DNA of 64,000 nt from an uncultured Alphaproteobacteria bacterium (lineage in GTDB: Bacteria; Pseudomonadota; Alphaproteobacteria; CAAHEQ01; UBA3637). The stretch is from NCBI GenBank assembly GCA_949292205.1, contig CASEYR010000008.1, positions 14,382-78,381 on the forward strand, read 5' to 3'. Below, in pieces: positions 41,694-52,020 of the stretch (position 1 is its first letter; the number at the start of each line of letters is the position of its first letter). The notes below the pieces were generated by a model that was given only the letters and a program-made list of their open reading frames with translations, did not search any database and had not been told where the DNA came from. The position numbers and the translations under genes were made by a program.

Positions 41694-41903
41694 ATGCAAA
41701 AAAACAAAAATAATTTTAGTTTAAAAGATAAACTTGACATTGCCGAAGCTATTTGCACCATTATTGTGACTGTTATGGCATTATGGGGCACAATCATAGC
41801 TATTCAACATGATTTATTTCACAAGGTCAATCATATCATTGAACACTACCACGCAAAAATTGAACAAGATGAAAAGATACTTCGTGAAAAAGATATCCTT
41901 TAA
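41694..41903 (+). CDS. small membrane protein (69 aa)
   Basis: Start refined (RBS GAGAGG). One TM helix, His-rich C-terminal half. Confidence 0.35.
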   Translation: MQKNKNNFSLKDKLDIAEAICTIIVTVMALWGTIIAIQHDLFHKVNHIIEHYHAKIEQDEKILREKDIL

Positions 41904-42032
41904 CCCTAAAATTCATTCTTCAACATCTCAGATTTTCACAAAAAAAGATAATTTTTATCCCCTATTTCTCCAAAAATAATATTTAAGTATATACATAAGT
42001 ATTTATTTTTGTATAAAAGTCATATTATTGTA

Positions 42033-42060
42033 TTGACAAACATCTTATTCTATGTAATAT
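42033..42060 (+). promoter_or_regulatory. consensus-like sigma70 promoter for the XRE regulator
   Basis: TTGACA-16nt-TAATAT, then RBS GGAGG before the ATG at 42091. Confidence 0.5.
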
Positions 42061-42090
42061 ACACTAATAGTTGTATTTTATGGAGGAAAC

Positions 42091-42645
42091 ATGACGAAAA
42101 AGAAACCGACAAACGGAACCGTTCGTGGCCGTTTGTCTGACGGAGCCCCCAATCCGATTGATGTTCATGTTGGATCTCGTGTTCGGGAGGCTCGCAAAAT
42201 ATTTAATTTAAGTCAAGAAGGTCTTGCTGATGCCTTAGGGATTACTTTTCAGCAAGTACAAAAGTATGAAAAAGGGCAAAATAGAATCGGTGCCAGTCGT
42301 CTTTGGGATTTAGCTCAGGTTTTTGGCGTATCGGTTGACTTCTTTTACGAACATCTGGATGAGCAAGCTAAAAACCAAAGCCCTCGTCAAATCTGTAATG
42401 GTGAATTACGAGAAGGAGCTGCCGATCTTGAAGGTGACTTTATTTTATCCATGAATGATCGAGAGCTGATTCGCAACTATAAACGCATCCAAGATCCGCG
42501 AGTTGCTCAAAGTATTTTGGATTTGGTGAAATCGGTTGTTATCAGCGAGAACATATCAAGTAATACAGATTTTTCGGCAGATGATATGAATCCCCTGACA
42601 GATGATTCTGATTTCTGTATTCAGCCACCCGAAGCAAACTCTTAA
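42091..42645 (+). CDS. XRE-family HTH transcriptional regulator
   Basis: 184 aa. Cro/C1 HTH (LSQEGLADALGITFQQVQKYEKGQNRIGASRLWDLAQVFGV), acidic C-terminal extension. Confidence 0.75.
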   Translation: MTKKKPTNGTVRGRLSDGAPNPIDVHVGSRVREARKIFNLSQEGLADALGITFQQVQKYEKGQNRIGASRLWDLAQVFGVSVDFFYEHLDEQAKNQSPRQICNGELREGAADLEGDFILSMNDRELIRNYKRIQDPRVAQSILDLVKSVVISENISSNTDFSADDMNPLTDDSDFCIQPPEANS

Positions 42646-43028
42646 AATCCCATCATCAACCGAATATCATCACTTAGTCTATCAATTGTCCAAGGCGGTT
42701 CAAAAGTTAACTCAACCGTTACGATTCCCGTCCCTGGAACAGACGCAACGGCATTTGCGACCATTCCGGGCATTTCACCCGCCATCGGACAAGTCGGAGC
42801 TGTTAACGTCATGGTAATAAAGACATCTCCGTTTGCTTCCTGACGAATGTCATAGATTAAGCCTAACTCATAAACATTCAACATCAGCTCCGGATCCTGA
42901 ACTGCTTTTAAAGCGGCAACAATATCATTTTGGGAGGCCTGCATACGACTATCCGCTAAAGGCTGTCCGGCTGTTACCCGATAAGTCAAATCCGTTTCTT
43001 CAACAGAAGATATCGTATCTTGTTCCAT
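42642..43028 (-). CDS. sufT: Fe-S cluster assembly protein SufT (DUF59/MIP18)
   Basis: 128 aa. DPELMLNVYELGLIYDI...TLTAPTCPMAG. Confidence 0.8.
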   Translation of the reverse strand: MEQDTISSVEETDLTYRVTAGQPLADSRMQASQNDIVAALKAVQDPELMLNVYELGLIYDIRQEANGDVFITMTLTAPTCPMAGEMPGMVANAVASVPGTGIVTVELTFEPPWTIDRLSDDIRLMMGF

Positions 43029-44219
43029 TCAATTCCCCCTCAGCAAAGTAATAGCCTTTTTCAAAGCGTTCACAAATACGGAAATATCCGATTCATCATT
43101 ATAAAGACCAAACGAAACACGCAAGGAAAGCTCTTGTCCAAAACGATGATGTATCGGCATGGCACAGTGATGCCCGACCCGAACACAGATATGTTCTTGA
43201 GCCAGAGCAAAAGCGATATCGGCCGGATGAATATCTTTTATATTAAATGAGACAATTCCATGTTTTTCGTTTGATTCTCCGACAAGTAGCACACCTGAAA
43301 CAGCTTGCAGTTGGTCAAGAAAATTTCTTGTTAAGAATCGTTCATGATCAGCGATTTTCTCCATACCAATCCTCTGAACATACCGAATAGCCTCTGCCAA
43401 GCCAACCGTTTCAACAAACGGTGTCGTCCCCGCCTCAAATCGGGCAGGAACATCAGCAAAAGTTGTCCCCTCTACCGTTACCCGACGAATCATATCTCCG
43501 CCGAATTGATATGGTGGCAGACTTTCCAAAGCCTCCTTTTTCCCATACAAAACACCAATTCCGGTCGGACCATATAATTTATGTCCCGAAAATGCCAAGA
43601 AATCACAATCTATATCTTTGATATCAACGGGAATATGTGCAATACTTTGAGCCCCATCAATTAAAACCTTGGCTCCAACTTGATGAGCTAATTCAGATAT
43701 TTTTCGAACCGGATTAATCATTCCCAACACGTTTGATATATGGGTCATCGCCACTATTTTTGTCTTATGCGATAGCTTTGCCTGAAAATCTGCCAAATCA
43801 ATCTTACCCGAGGGCAAGACATCAAAAACTTTAAAGGTAGCTCCGGAACGCAAACATGCCTGTTGCCAGGGCACAAAATCTGCATGATGCTCAGCAATAC
43901 AAACCAACACTTCATCACCCGGATATAACAGTTGAGCATATCCGGAAGCAATCAAGTTAATACTTTCCGTTGTACCTTTAGTAAAGACAATTTCATTCGT
44001 GTTGGCATGTATAAAATCAGCAACCGTTCGCCGAGCGTTTTCATACGCCTCTGTTGCCCGAACAGCCAAAGAGCATTGTCCGCGATGGATATTCGCATAG
44101 GAAGATCGATAAAAGGAATCTATTGATTCTAAAACAGTCTGTGGTTTTTGAGCCGAAGCAGCCGAATCCAAATAAACAATCGGTTCTTTTAACAATAAAG
44201 GAAAATCTTCTTTAAGCAT
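43029..44219 (-). CDS. sufS: cysteine desulfurase SufS
   Basis: Start refined to MLKEDFPLL... to avoid a 50-nt overlap with sufD. PLP-lysine region SGHKLYGPTGIG, catalytic Cys (HHCAMP). Confidence 0.88.
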   Translation of the reverse strand: MLKEDFPLLLKEPIVYLDSAASAQKPQTVLESIDSFYRSSYANIHRGQCSLAVRATEAYENARRTVADFIHANTNEIVFTKGTTESINLIASGYAQLLYPGDEVLVCIAEHHADFVPWQQACLRSGATFKVFDVLPSGKIDLADFQAKLSHKTKIVAMTHISNVLGMINPVRKISELAHQVGAKVLIDGAQSIAHIPVDIKDIDCDFLAFSGHKLYGPTGIGVLYGKKEALESLPPYQFGGDMIRRVTVEGTTFADVPARFEAGTTPFVETVGLAEAIRYVQRIGMEKIADHERFLTRNFLDQLQAVSGVLLVGESNEKHGIVSFNIKDIHPADIAFALAQEHICVRVGHHCAMPIHHRFGQELSLRVSFGLYNDESDISVFVNALKKAITLLRGN

Positions 44220-44832
44220 GCTCCCCCATCCATTCATCCACATATTTTTCAAATGAATCATCTAAGACATCTCGAACGAAAGCACGTAACAACATTTTTT
44301 TTGCCACATCTGCGGGAACGCCCCGAGACATCAAATAAAACAACTGTGTCTTATCCAAAGATCCGATAGCCGATCCATGGGCACATTTCACATCATCAGC
44401 ATAGATTTCCAGCTCGGGAATCGCCGTTACGGAAGCTGCATCCGACAAAACAACGGCTCGATGATTTTGAGAAGCATCACATTTTTGAGAGTCTTTGGGT
44501 ATCCGAATTGTTCCTTCAAATGAAGCTTTTGCTCTATCCGTTAAAATCCCTCGGACAATCTGCTCCGAATACGTATTTCCTGCCTGATGCTGCACATCAA
44601 ACCGAATCTTATTTTCAGACTTCCTACCGGATAAATACACACAACTCAACCGACATTTAGCCTCAGCCCCCGCCAAAACAACACGAACAGAGAATGTCCC
44701 ATCAAAAACCAAAGCGGACAAATTTAATTCTTTTCCATCCGGAACCACAAGCCGTAACCCCTCGGAAGAAACATTGACCGTTTTGGTTTGTCCGTCTTGC
44801 GTTATCAAACAAAGATTATTTGTAATCTTCAT
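44212..44832 (-). CDS. sufD: Fe-S cluster assembly protein SufD, minimal 206-aa form
   Basis: Matches SufD beta-helix and C-terminal helices (ELEIYADDVKCAHGSAIGSLDK.QLFYLMSRG). About half the length of E. coli SufD. Confidence 0.7.
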   Translation of the reverse strand: MKITNNLCLITQDGQTKTVNVSSEGLRLVVPDGKELNLSALVFDGTFSVRVVLAGAEAKCRLSCVYLSGRKSENKIRFDVQHQAGNTYSEQIVRGILTDRAKASFEGTIRIPKDSQKCDASQNHRAVVLSDAASVTAIPELEIYADDVKCAHGSAIGSLDKTQLFYLMSRGVPADVAKKMLLRAFVRDVLDDSFEKYVDEWMGEHA

Positions 44833-45568
44833 ATCCTTTTTCTTCCAACTTCAAAGCCAGTGTTTTATCTCCGGAATCAACGATTCGACCGTTAACCATA
44901 ATATGGATATAATCCGGCACGATATAATCCAGCAACCGTTGATAGTGTGTAATCAGCAAAAAAGAACGATGAGCCTCTCGCATCACATTAACCGCCTCGG
45001 AAACCGTACGCAGTGCATCAATATCAAGTCCGGAATCCATTTCATCCAAAATACAGAAATCAGGCTCCAAAAAAGCCATTTGGAACGTTTCCAGTTTCTT
45101 TTTTTCTCCGCCTGAAAAACCGACATTGACGGGACGCTTTAACATATCATCCGTAATACCCAAAGCCTGAGCCCGTGGCTTCAATCGTTTCATAAAACCG
45201 ACGGCATCCAAATCGGGAAACCCCTGAAAACGACGTTTTGCATTCAAAGCCGTCTTTAAGAATAAAGCCGTTCCAACCCCTGGAAGCTCGGTCGGATATT
45301 GAAAAGCCAAAAAGACACCACTATTTGCCCGTTCGTCCGGCGTCATGGCAAGCAAATCTTGTCCCTTAAAGAGAATCTGTCCACCGGTTACCTCATATGC
45401 CGGATGTCCGGCAATAACATTGGATAATGTGCTTTTACCGGAACCATTCGGCCCCATAATGGCATGAACCTCCCCCATCGGAATAGTCAAAGACAGTCCC
45501 TTTAGAATCTCTTTTTCTCCGACACAAGCATGTAAATCTTTAATTTCCAGAAGCGTTTCTTTTGTCAT
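44816..45568 (-). CDS. sufC: Fe-S cluster assembly ATPase SufC
   Basis: 250 aa. Walker A GPNGSGKST, ABC signature FSGGEKKK, D-loop. Confidence 0.92.
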   Translation of the reverse strand: MTKETLLEIKDLHACVGEKEILKGLSLTIPMGEVHAIMGPNGSGKSTLSNVIAGHPAYEVTGGQILFKGQDLLAMTPDERANSGVFLAFQYPTELPGVGTALFLKTALNAKRRFQGFPDLDAVGFMKRLKPRAQALGITDDMLKRPVNVGFSGGEKKKLETFQMAFLEPDFCILDEMDSGLDIDALRTVSEAVNVMREAHRSFLLITHYQRLLDYIVPDYIHIMVNGRIVDSGDKTLALKLEEKGYEDYK

Positions 45569-45839
45569 TTTCCAAATATCTTTTTAATTTATTTAGTTTT
45601 GTTACACTCATTTCTTTAACCAAATCTTGAATACCATAGATATACAAGAATTGATCTAACATAATCAAGACATCTGCCGTTTCTTCGGCAATTTCTTGCA
45701 CATTGTCACGACCGCGATTGATATTTTTCAATATCTCTTTTTGCAGTTCACTCATCTCCTCCAACAGCGTTAAAACCTGAGCCTGCTTACCCCATGTGTC
45801 AAGTGCCTCTTTACAAATATCATCAGGTACATACTTCAT
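45540..45839 (-). CDS. small MazG-like all-alpha NTP pyrophosphohydrolase-domain protein, embedded in the suf operon
   Basis: 99 aa from the ATG overlapping the sufB stop (TAATG). EE..E...EE.AD.L..L pattern. Fills an otherwise 270-nt sufB-sufC gap. Confidence 0.4.
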   Translation of the reverse strand: MKYVPDDICKEALDTWGKQAQVLTLLEEMSELQKEILKNINRGRDNVQEIAEETADVLIMLDQFLYIYGIQDLVKEMSVTKLNKLKRYLENDKRNASGN

Positions 45840-47284
45840 TATCCGACACTCCCTTCTAAATTGATACCGATTAGTCTTTGAGCCTCTACGGCAAACTCCA
45901 TAGGCAGTTTTTGCATAACTTCCCGACAAAAGCCATTTACAATCAAACCAACCGCTTGCTCGGGATTTAACCCGCGAGATTCGGCATAAAATAATTGATC
46001 TTCCGAAATTTTTGATGTTGTCGCTTCATGTTCAATCTGCCCCGTTGTGTTTCCACAAGTCATCACCGGAATTGTATGAGCTCCACATTTGTCTCCAATC
46101 AACAAGCTATCACACCGAGACACATTGCGTGCTTGATCGGCACCGGCAGCAATTTTAACCAATCCGCGATACGTATTATCCGAACGCCCTGCGGAAACAC
46201 CCTTTGAAATGATGGTTGACGAGGTATGCTTCCCCAAGTGAATCATCTTCGTTCCCGTATCCGCCTTCTGACAGTTATTCGTTAACGCGACAGAGTAAAA
46301 CTCACCAATGGAATAATCTCCTTTTAAAATACAGCTTGGATACTTCCATGTAATGGCTGAACCTGTTTCAACTTGTGTCCAAGACAATTTGGCATGATTA
46401 TGACAAATACCACGCTTTGTCACAAAATTATAGATTCCGCCACGACCGTTTTCATCGCCGGGATACCAGTTTTGAACTGTCGAGTATTTCACTTCGGCTC
46501 TATCTTTAACAACAATCTCAACAATAGCGGCGTGTAGTTGATTTTCATCTCGTTGCGGAGCCGTACACCCCTCCAAATAGCTCACATACGAATCCTCTTC
46601 TGCTACGATTAATGTCCGCTCAAACTGCCCAGCATTTTTTGCATTCATTCGGAAATAACTGGACAACTCCAGCGGAGCACGAACCCCTTTCGGAATATAA
46701 ACAAAAGAACCATCAGAAAAAACAGCACTGTTCAGGCAAGCAAAAAAATTATCCGTATACGGCACGACCGAGCCCAGATATTGTCGAACTAAATCGGGAT
46801 ACTCGCGAACCGCTTCAGACATCGGACAAAACAGAATACCCTTTTCCTTTAATTGTTCCCGATACGTTGTCGCAACCGATACGCTATCAAAGATAGCATC
46901 CACGGCAACACCCGCCAATACTTTCTGTTCTTCCAAAGGAATTCCTAGTTTTTCGTATGTTTTTAAAATTTCGGGATCCACATCATCCAAAGATTGAATT
47001 TTTTGACCTTGTGGTGCAGCATAATAATATATATCCTGATAGTCTATCGAAGGATAAGAAAACTTTCCCCAATGAGGCTCTGCCATTGTCAACCAATGAC
47101 GATAGGCCTTCAACCGAAAGTCCAACAACCATTTAGGTTCTTTTTTCCGATCCGAAATAAACCGAATAATATCCTCGTTTAATCCCTTTGGAGCCGTTTC
47201 GGAACTAACCGCAGTTTCAAACCCATACTTATACCGATCAGATATAATTTCACGCACTTTTTTATTTGACGCTTCCATCATCAT
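45839..47284 (-). CDS. sufB: Fe-S cluster assembly protein SufB
   Basis: 481 aa, full-length SufB similarity. Confidence 0.92.
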   Translation of the reverse strand: MMMEASNKKVREIISDRYKYGFETAVSSETAPKGLNEDIIRFISDRKKEPKWLLDFRLKAYRHWLTMAEPHWGKFSYPSIDYQDIYYYAAPQGQKIQSLDDVDPEILKTYEKLGIPLEEQKVLAGVAVDAIFDSVSVATTYREQLKEKGILFCPMSEAVREYPDLVRQYLGSVVPYTDNFFACLNSAVFSDGSFVYIPKGVRAPLELSSYFRMNAKNAGQFERTLIVAEEDSYVSYLEGCTAPQRDENQLHAAIVEIVVKDRAEVKYSTVQNWYPGDENGRGGIYNFVTKRGICHNHAKLSWTQVETGSAITWKYPSCILKGDYSIGEFYSVALTNNCQKADTGTKMIHLGKHTSSTIISKGVSAGRSDNTYRGLVKIAAGADQARNVSRCDSLLIGDKCGAHTIPVMTCGNTTGQIEHEATTSKISEDQLFYAESRGLNPEQAVGLIVNGFCREVMQKLPMEFAVEAQRLIGINLEGSVG

Positions 47285-47414
47285 TCCTTTTCATTTTAAC
47301 AAACAAGATGACTTATTTTAAAAAAAAAGTCAAGAAAAAGCATTTTTTTACTTGTTTTCGGATAAAAAAAAGGATAATCTGAACGGTGTCTGGTTTTTTA
47401 GGAGATTTTTTTTC

Positions 47415-48491
47415 ATGCTTGAAACAATTAATGGTTTTGCCGTTGTGCCGGGATTCTTTTTTGTCACAACATTGCTTTTCGTTGTTGTTTCACTTGTCTT
47501 CGTAAATCGATCAAAGCACTTGAGAAGAAAATTGTCAGATACACTGGAAGCCCTAACGATTAAGAATAAAGAACTTGAAGAGCTTAGAATTGCCAATCAA
47601 AATATCCTATCTCCCTTCATCCCAGAAACATCCAAAAGTATTATTGTTTCCTTAGATCAAACAGGAAAAATAACCGATGTCAACGATTATGCTCTTGAGA
47701 TATTTGGATATAAAAAAGATGAAATGGTTGGGCATGATGCTTTTGGAACGATTTTTCCGATTCCGGACAAACAAGATACCCTTCAGGCAAATATTATTTC
47801 TCGCATTTTTTCTAACCCTAAACTATATGTAGAACACGAAACCGAAAACATGAAAAAATCCGGCGAGCGTTTTTGGATATCATGGACAAATCGTGTTATG
47901 TATGATGATAATGGTATTCCGACAGAGGTTCGTTCTGTCGGTTTTGATATCACAAAGCGTAAACGCTTGGAGGAGGAACTGCGTTATTTAGCGACGGTTG
48001 ATCCGTTAACCGGTGTTTTAAATCGTCAAGCCTTGCTGGAAACCGGAGCAAGAGAGTTAAAAAGAGCCCAACGCTATAAACGCCAATTATCTGTTTTAGT
48101 TATGAAGCTCAATTATTTTCACGGTGTTGATGACAACACCGGTTTTAGTGATGAAATCATTCAACAAACGGTTGCAATCTGTCGCAAAACCACACGGGAT
48201 TCGGATTATATCGGTCGCGTCGGAGATGTTGAATTTGCTATTATTTTGCCGGAAACACCTCCTGAAAACGCTTCAATTTTAGCCGAACGGTTAAAAGAAA
48301 AAATCCAAGAAAAAAATTTAAAAGATACGAATCGTTTTTTTGTAACGGCGACCTTTGGTGTTTCCGGAAAAAGTGGTTCGTCAGACACAATAGACTCTTT
48401 ATTGTTAAAGGCCTTAAACGCCCTTCAGACGGCGGATAAAAGCTCACGTCAACAATGGGGAGGAAAAACGGAAATAAAGAAAGGATCATAA
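47415..48491 (+). CDS. membrane-anchored PAS sensor with degenerate GGDEF domain
   Basis: Start refined (RBS AGGAG). TM, PAS (ISWTNRVMYDDNG), then a GGDEF-like domain whose signature reads RVGDVEF instead of GG(D/E)EF. Likely a catalytically inactive diguanylate cyclase. Confidence 0.65.
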   Translation: MLETINGFAVVPGFFFVTTLLFVVVSLVFVNRSKHLRRKLSDTLEALTIKNKELEELRIANQNILSPFIPETSKSIIVSLDQTGKITDVNDYALEIFGYKKDEMVGHDAFGTIFPIPDKQDTLQANIISRIFSNPKLYVEHETENMKKSGERFWISWTNRVMYDDNGIPTEVRSVGFDITKRKRLEEELRYLATVDPLTGVLNRQALLETGARELKRAQRYKRQLSVLVMKLNYFHGVDDNTGFSDEIIQQTVAICRKTTRDSDYIGRVGDVEFAIILPETPPENASILAERLKEKIQEKNLKDTNRFFVTATFGVSGKSGSSDTIDSLLLKALNALQTADKSSRQQWGGKTEIKKGS

Positions 48492-48493
48492 TC

Positions 48494-49384
48494 ATGCAAG
48501 AAATTGTTTTATCAAACGAACAATTAAGTTTGGGTATCCTTCCTGAATATGGCGCATCTCTATCTTTTTTAAGATATAAAAAAGGGGATAAATCGCTGGA
48601 TATTTTACGCCCAACAAATAAGGAAAAAGCAAAAGATGCCAATAGTTCTTCCATGTTTTTGATGTTGCCATTCTGCGGACGTATTCGTGGGGGTTCTTTC
48701 ACATATTGGGGGATTTTAAGAAAGGTTCCTAAAAATCAAACGGGCATATCTGATCCAATTCATGGGGATGGGTGGAAAAGCCAATGGACGGTTAAATCAC
48801 GATCGGAAAATAGTATTACGCTGATAATGAATCATGATAAAGCGTCCGGCGGGTATCCGTTTTCATATTCGGCCGAAGTCGTTTATACATTAAATGAAAA
48901 TGAATTAGAGGTATCAATCAGTGTATCCAATCCTGCTGCACTTCCAATGCCATGTGGGTTAGGAGTTCATCCCTTCTTTGTAAAAGAAAAAGAGGTACAG
49001 CTAAATTTCAAAACTCAGGTTGTTTGGAGTAACGAATCTGATCCGATTTTTGATCAACCCTACACCACGCCGACAACTTGGCAATTTGAGGGAGGAAAAC
49101 CACTTAAGAACGCCGTCTTTGATACTTGCTTCGGCGGTTTTGAAGAAAAGGCAACAATCATTTATCCGGAAAACGGAGTTACGATTGATATAACGACAGA
49201 TGATTTATTTCATCATGTCGTATTGTATGCACCGAAGGGGAAAAGCTTTTTCTGTTTAGAGCCAACTACTTGTGCATCAAATGCTTTTAACCTAGCGGCA
49301 AACGGTGTTATTGGAACGGGAATTCGGAGTATTGGTCCCGGACAAAAATTAACAGGACAAATTAAATTTAAAATTCAAGGATAA
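48494..49384 (+). CDS. aldose 1-epimerase family protein
   Basis: 296 aa from the refined start. Aldose_epim fold residues (HGDGW, FCLEP). Confidence 0.6.
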   Translation: MQEIVLSNEQLSLGILPEYGASLSFLRYKKGDKSLDILRPTNKEKAKDANSSSMFLMLPFCGRIRGGSFTYWGILRKVPKNQTGISDPIHGDGWKSQWTVKSRSENSITLIMNHDKASGGYPFSYSAEVVYTLNENELEVSISVSNPAALPMPCGLGVHPFFVKEKEVQLNFKTQVVWSNESDPIFDQPYTTPTTWQFEGGKPLKNAVFDTCFGGFEEKATIIYPENGVTIDITTDDLFHHVVLYAPKGKSFFCLEPTTCASNAFNLAANGVIGTGIRSIGPGQKLTGQIKFKIQG

Positions 49385-49387
49385 AAT

Positions 49388-50803
49388 ATGAAACAAACAT
49401 TCACAAAAGTCGTGGCCACATTAGGCCCCGCAACGTCTAGTGACGATAAAATCAAATCTCTTATGCGTGCAGGTGTCAATGTTTTCCGTTTAAATTTTAG
49501 TCATGGAGATCATGCAGAACATCAAAGGCGATTTGATATTATTCGCAAACTTTCAAAAGAAAATAAGACACATTATAGTATTTTAGCTGATATGCAGGGT
49601 CCAAAACTTCGAGTCGGACATTTTCAAAACGAACAAATTACATTAAAAGTCGGTCAAAATTTCAGATTAGATATGGATGAAACACCCGGCGATGAAACGC
49701 GAGTATCCTTAATGCATCCTGAAATTTTTGCTGTTTTAAAAGCAGATATGACTCTTTTATTAAATGATGGGCAAATCCAACTACGTGTAAAAGATTTTGG
49801 AAAAAACTATGTAAATACAGAAGTTATCGTTGGCGGTCCCTTATCCGATCATAAAGGGGTCAATGTTCCTGATGTTATTCTACCTATTTCGGCCTTAACA
49901 GAAAAAGATAAAAAAGATTTAGCTTTTGCTTTAAAACTAGGGGTTGATTGGATTTGCTTATCATTTGTGCAACAACCGGAAGATGTTCAAATGGCACGAG
50001 AGTTAATCGGAGACAAAGCCGGTATTATCGTTAAAATAGAAAAACCATCAGCACTTATCCATTTAGATGAAATTGTTGATTTAGCTGACGGAATTATGGT
50101 TGCCCGCGGTGATTTGGGTGTTGAATGTCCGATCGAATCCGTTCCATCATTGCAACGTCGTATTGTTGAAACATGCCGTTTAGCAGGTAAGCCTGTTATC
50201 GTCGCAACTCAAATGCTGGAAAGTATGATTCATGCCCCCGTTCCGACACGTGCCGAAGTATCTGATGTCGCAACGGCTGTTTATGAGGGGGCTGATGGCG
50301 TGATGTTATCTGCCGAAACAGCTATGGGAGAGTATCCGATACAGGCTGTTTCCATGATGAAACGGATAATCTCTCAAATTCAACAAGATGCTTACTATGG
50401 ACCGGCGATGGAGGCTCAATCCTTACCGAAAGACAAAACGGTTGCCAGTGCTATTACCTATAGTATGAAAAAGATGGTCAAGGCTTTGGATAAGCCAGCC
50501 TGTATCGCAACCTATTCTGTTTCAGGCAAGACAACTCTGCGAGCTGCTCGTGAAAGAGCTCTTGTCCCCATTCTTGGATTAACACCTGATGAAAAAGTAG
50601 CCAATAAAATGGCTCTGGTTTGGGGTATTCATCCGTTTGTTACCAAGAACTTGAAAGATATGAATGCTGTCTCTCCGGTTGCCGTCGAAACAGCAAAGGA
50701 ACTCAAGTTAGCGAAAAAAGGAGATGAAGTTATTATTACGGCAGGTATCCCCTTCGCTGAAAGAGGAACAACAAACATTCTTCATATTGCAACGGTAGAA
50801 TAA
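49388..50803 (+). CDS. pyk: pyruvate kinase
   Basis: 471 aa. TLGPAT, MVARGDLG, K+/Mg2+ site, C-terminal allosteric domain. Confidence 0.93.
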   Translation: MKQTFTKVVATLGPATSSDDKIKSLMRAGVNVFRLNFSHGDHAEHQRRFDIIRKLSKENKTHYSILADMQGPKLRVGHFQNEQITLKVGQNFRLDMDETPGDETRVSLMHPEIFAVLKADMTLLLNDGQIQLRVKDFGKNYVNTEVIVGGPLSDHKGVNVPDVILPISALTEKDKKDLAFALKLGVDWICLSFVQQPEDVQMARELIGDKAGIIVKIEKPSALIHLDEIVDLADGIMVARGDLGVECPIESVPSLQRRIVETCRLAGKPVIVATQMLESMIHAPVPTRAEVSDVATAVYEGADGVMLSAETAMGEYPIQAVSMMKRIISQIQQDAYYGPAMEAQSLPKDKTVASAITYSMKKMVKALDKPACIATYSVSGKTTLRAARERALVPILGLTPDEKVANKMALVWGIHPFVTKNLKDMNAVSPVAVETAKELKLAKKGDEVIITAGIPFAERGTTNILHIATVE

Positions 50804-50804
50804 A

Positions 50805-50834
50805 AAAGGTGGTTTAAATACCACCTTTTTTATT
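50805..50834. terminator. bidirectional intrinsic terminator
   Basis: AAGGTGGT-ttaaata-CCACCTT with A/T runs both sides, between convergent pyk and the pilin-like paralog. Confidence 0.75.
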
Positions 50835-50856
50835 AACTGTTTTGGCTATGATAGAG

Positions 50857-52020
50857 CTAACCCGATGTGGGTGGTGTACATGTTCCATTATTCCACTCAC
50901 CCGTCCATGTTCCTCCACATGATTCACACTGAGCCTTGTATTGTAAGGAACCAACCTCTACGGTTGAACAATCCTCACACTTACCACCGACAGAAACTGT
51001 CCCATCAGCACATCGCCTGCAATAACCTCCGCCATATGCAAAATTACACCAATTACATGCTGTTCCAACTCCGGTCATACCAACCGGATTATCCCAAACA
51101 TATCCATCATCATTCCCTTCATCACAGGCATAACATCTTCCACCCTGACTATTAACGCCATGTAACGGCTTATCAATAGGACATTTACACACCCCATTTA
51201 CCTCTATCATCCCCTCGGGACACTCTAAACGACAATAAAAGGCTGAATCTGAAACTCTATTTGGACACATCGAACAAGCCTGTCCCGCTGGAAAATAGAA
51301 TACAGTCTCAGAATAACAATCTATGCATTGCCCATTATTTTTATTGGGCATAAATTGTCCCGGAGGACAACACAAGCCATTCCAACTCACACAACAAGTT
51401 TTTTCACCTTTTTCATTTTCAGAAACAGAGCTGCAACAAAAACCATCTATCATTTTATCAGTAGAACAACAAACCTTACTGTGAGCATTATTAATATCAA
51501 TACCACATTCCTGTCCATCGGGACAACTTTCTTGACAGACACCATCAATACAATCATCGCACTTAGATGAACAATCCGATTTCTTTGTACAATGTTCCGG
51601 TTTTTCTGCTGAGGCCCCCAAAGTACTCGTAAATTCAAACTGTATCCGATTTGTTTCTTGACATATATCTGCATTATTCTGAGCTATTGTATCCCCCACA
51701 TAAATAGCTATCGGTAATTTAAAGTCCGCTCTGACAATTTGCTCACAAACGCCTTGTGGAATATCGGAAAGTGTAATAGCAAAGAAATTGTCACTCAATA
51801 AAAGCTGTTGAACAGGATACCCCTGCTCCGTTTCTGATTTAAACTCTGGCGTATCTACCGTTCTCCCAACCATTAATTTTTGTGAAATAATAATGGCTCG
51901 TTTTTTAACCTCATTGATAATCTCATTGGATTGATACTTATCCATAGCCCAGCGATAACCCATAATGCCACCGATTGCCAAGACACCCATCAAAGCCAGA
52001 ACGCCCAGCATTTCCACCAT
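50857..52020 (-). CDS. paralog of the prepilin-like/Cys-rich secreted protein (387 aa)
   Basis: MVEMLGVLALMGVLAIGGIMGY... parallels MIEMLATLAIVGVLSITALWGY of the 35890..37416 protein. C-terminal half has many CC doublets. In-frame upstream codons encode ...KENESGRS with no ATG/GTG/TTG. Confidence 0.55.
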   Translation of the reverse strand: MVEMLGVLALMGVLAIGGIMGYRWAMDKYQSNEIINEVKKRAIIISQKLMVGRTVDTPEFKSETEQGYPVQQLLLSDNFFAITLSDIPQGVCEQIVRADFKLPIAIYVGDTIAQNNADICQETNRIQFEFTSTLGASAEKPEHCTKKSDCSSKCDDCIDGVCQESCPDGQECGIDINNAHSKVCCSTDKMIDGFCCSSVSENEKGEKTCCVSWNGLCCPPGQFMPNKNNGQCIDCYSETVFYFPAGQACSMCPNRVSDSAFYCRLECPEGMIEVNGVCKCPIDKPLHGVNSQGGRCYACDEGNDDGYVWDNPVGMTGVGTACNWCNFAYGGGYCRRCADGTVSVGGKCEDCSTVEVGSLQYKAQCESCGGTWTGEWNNGTCTPPTSG

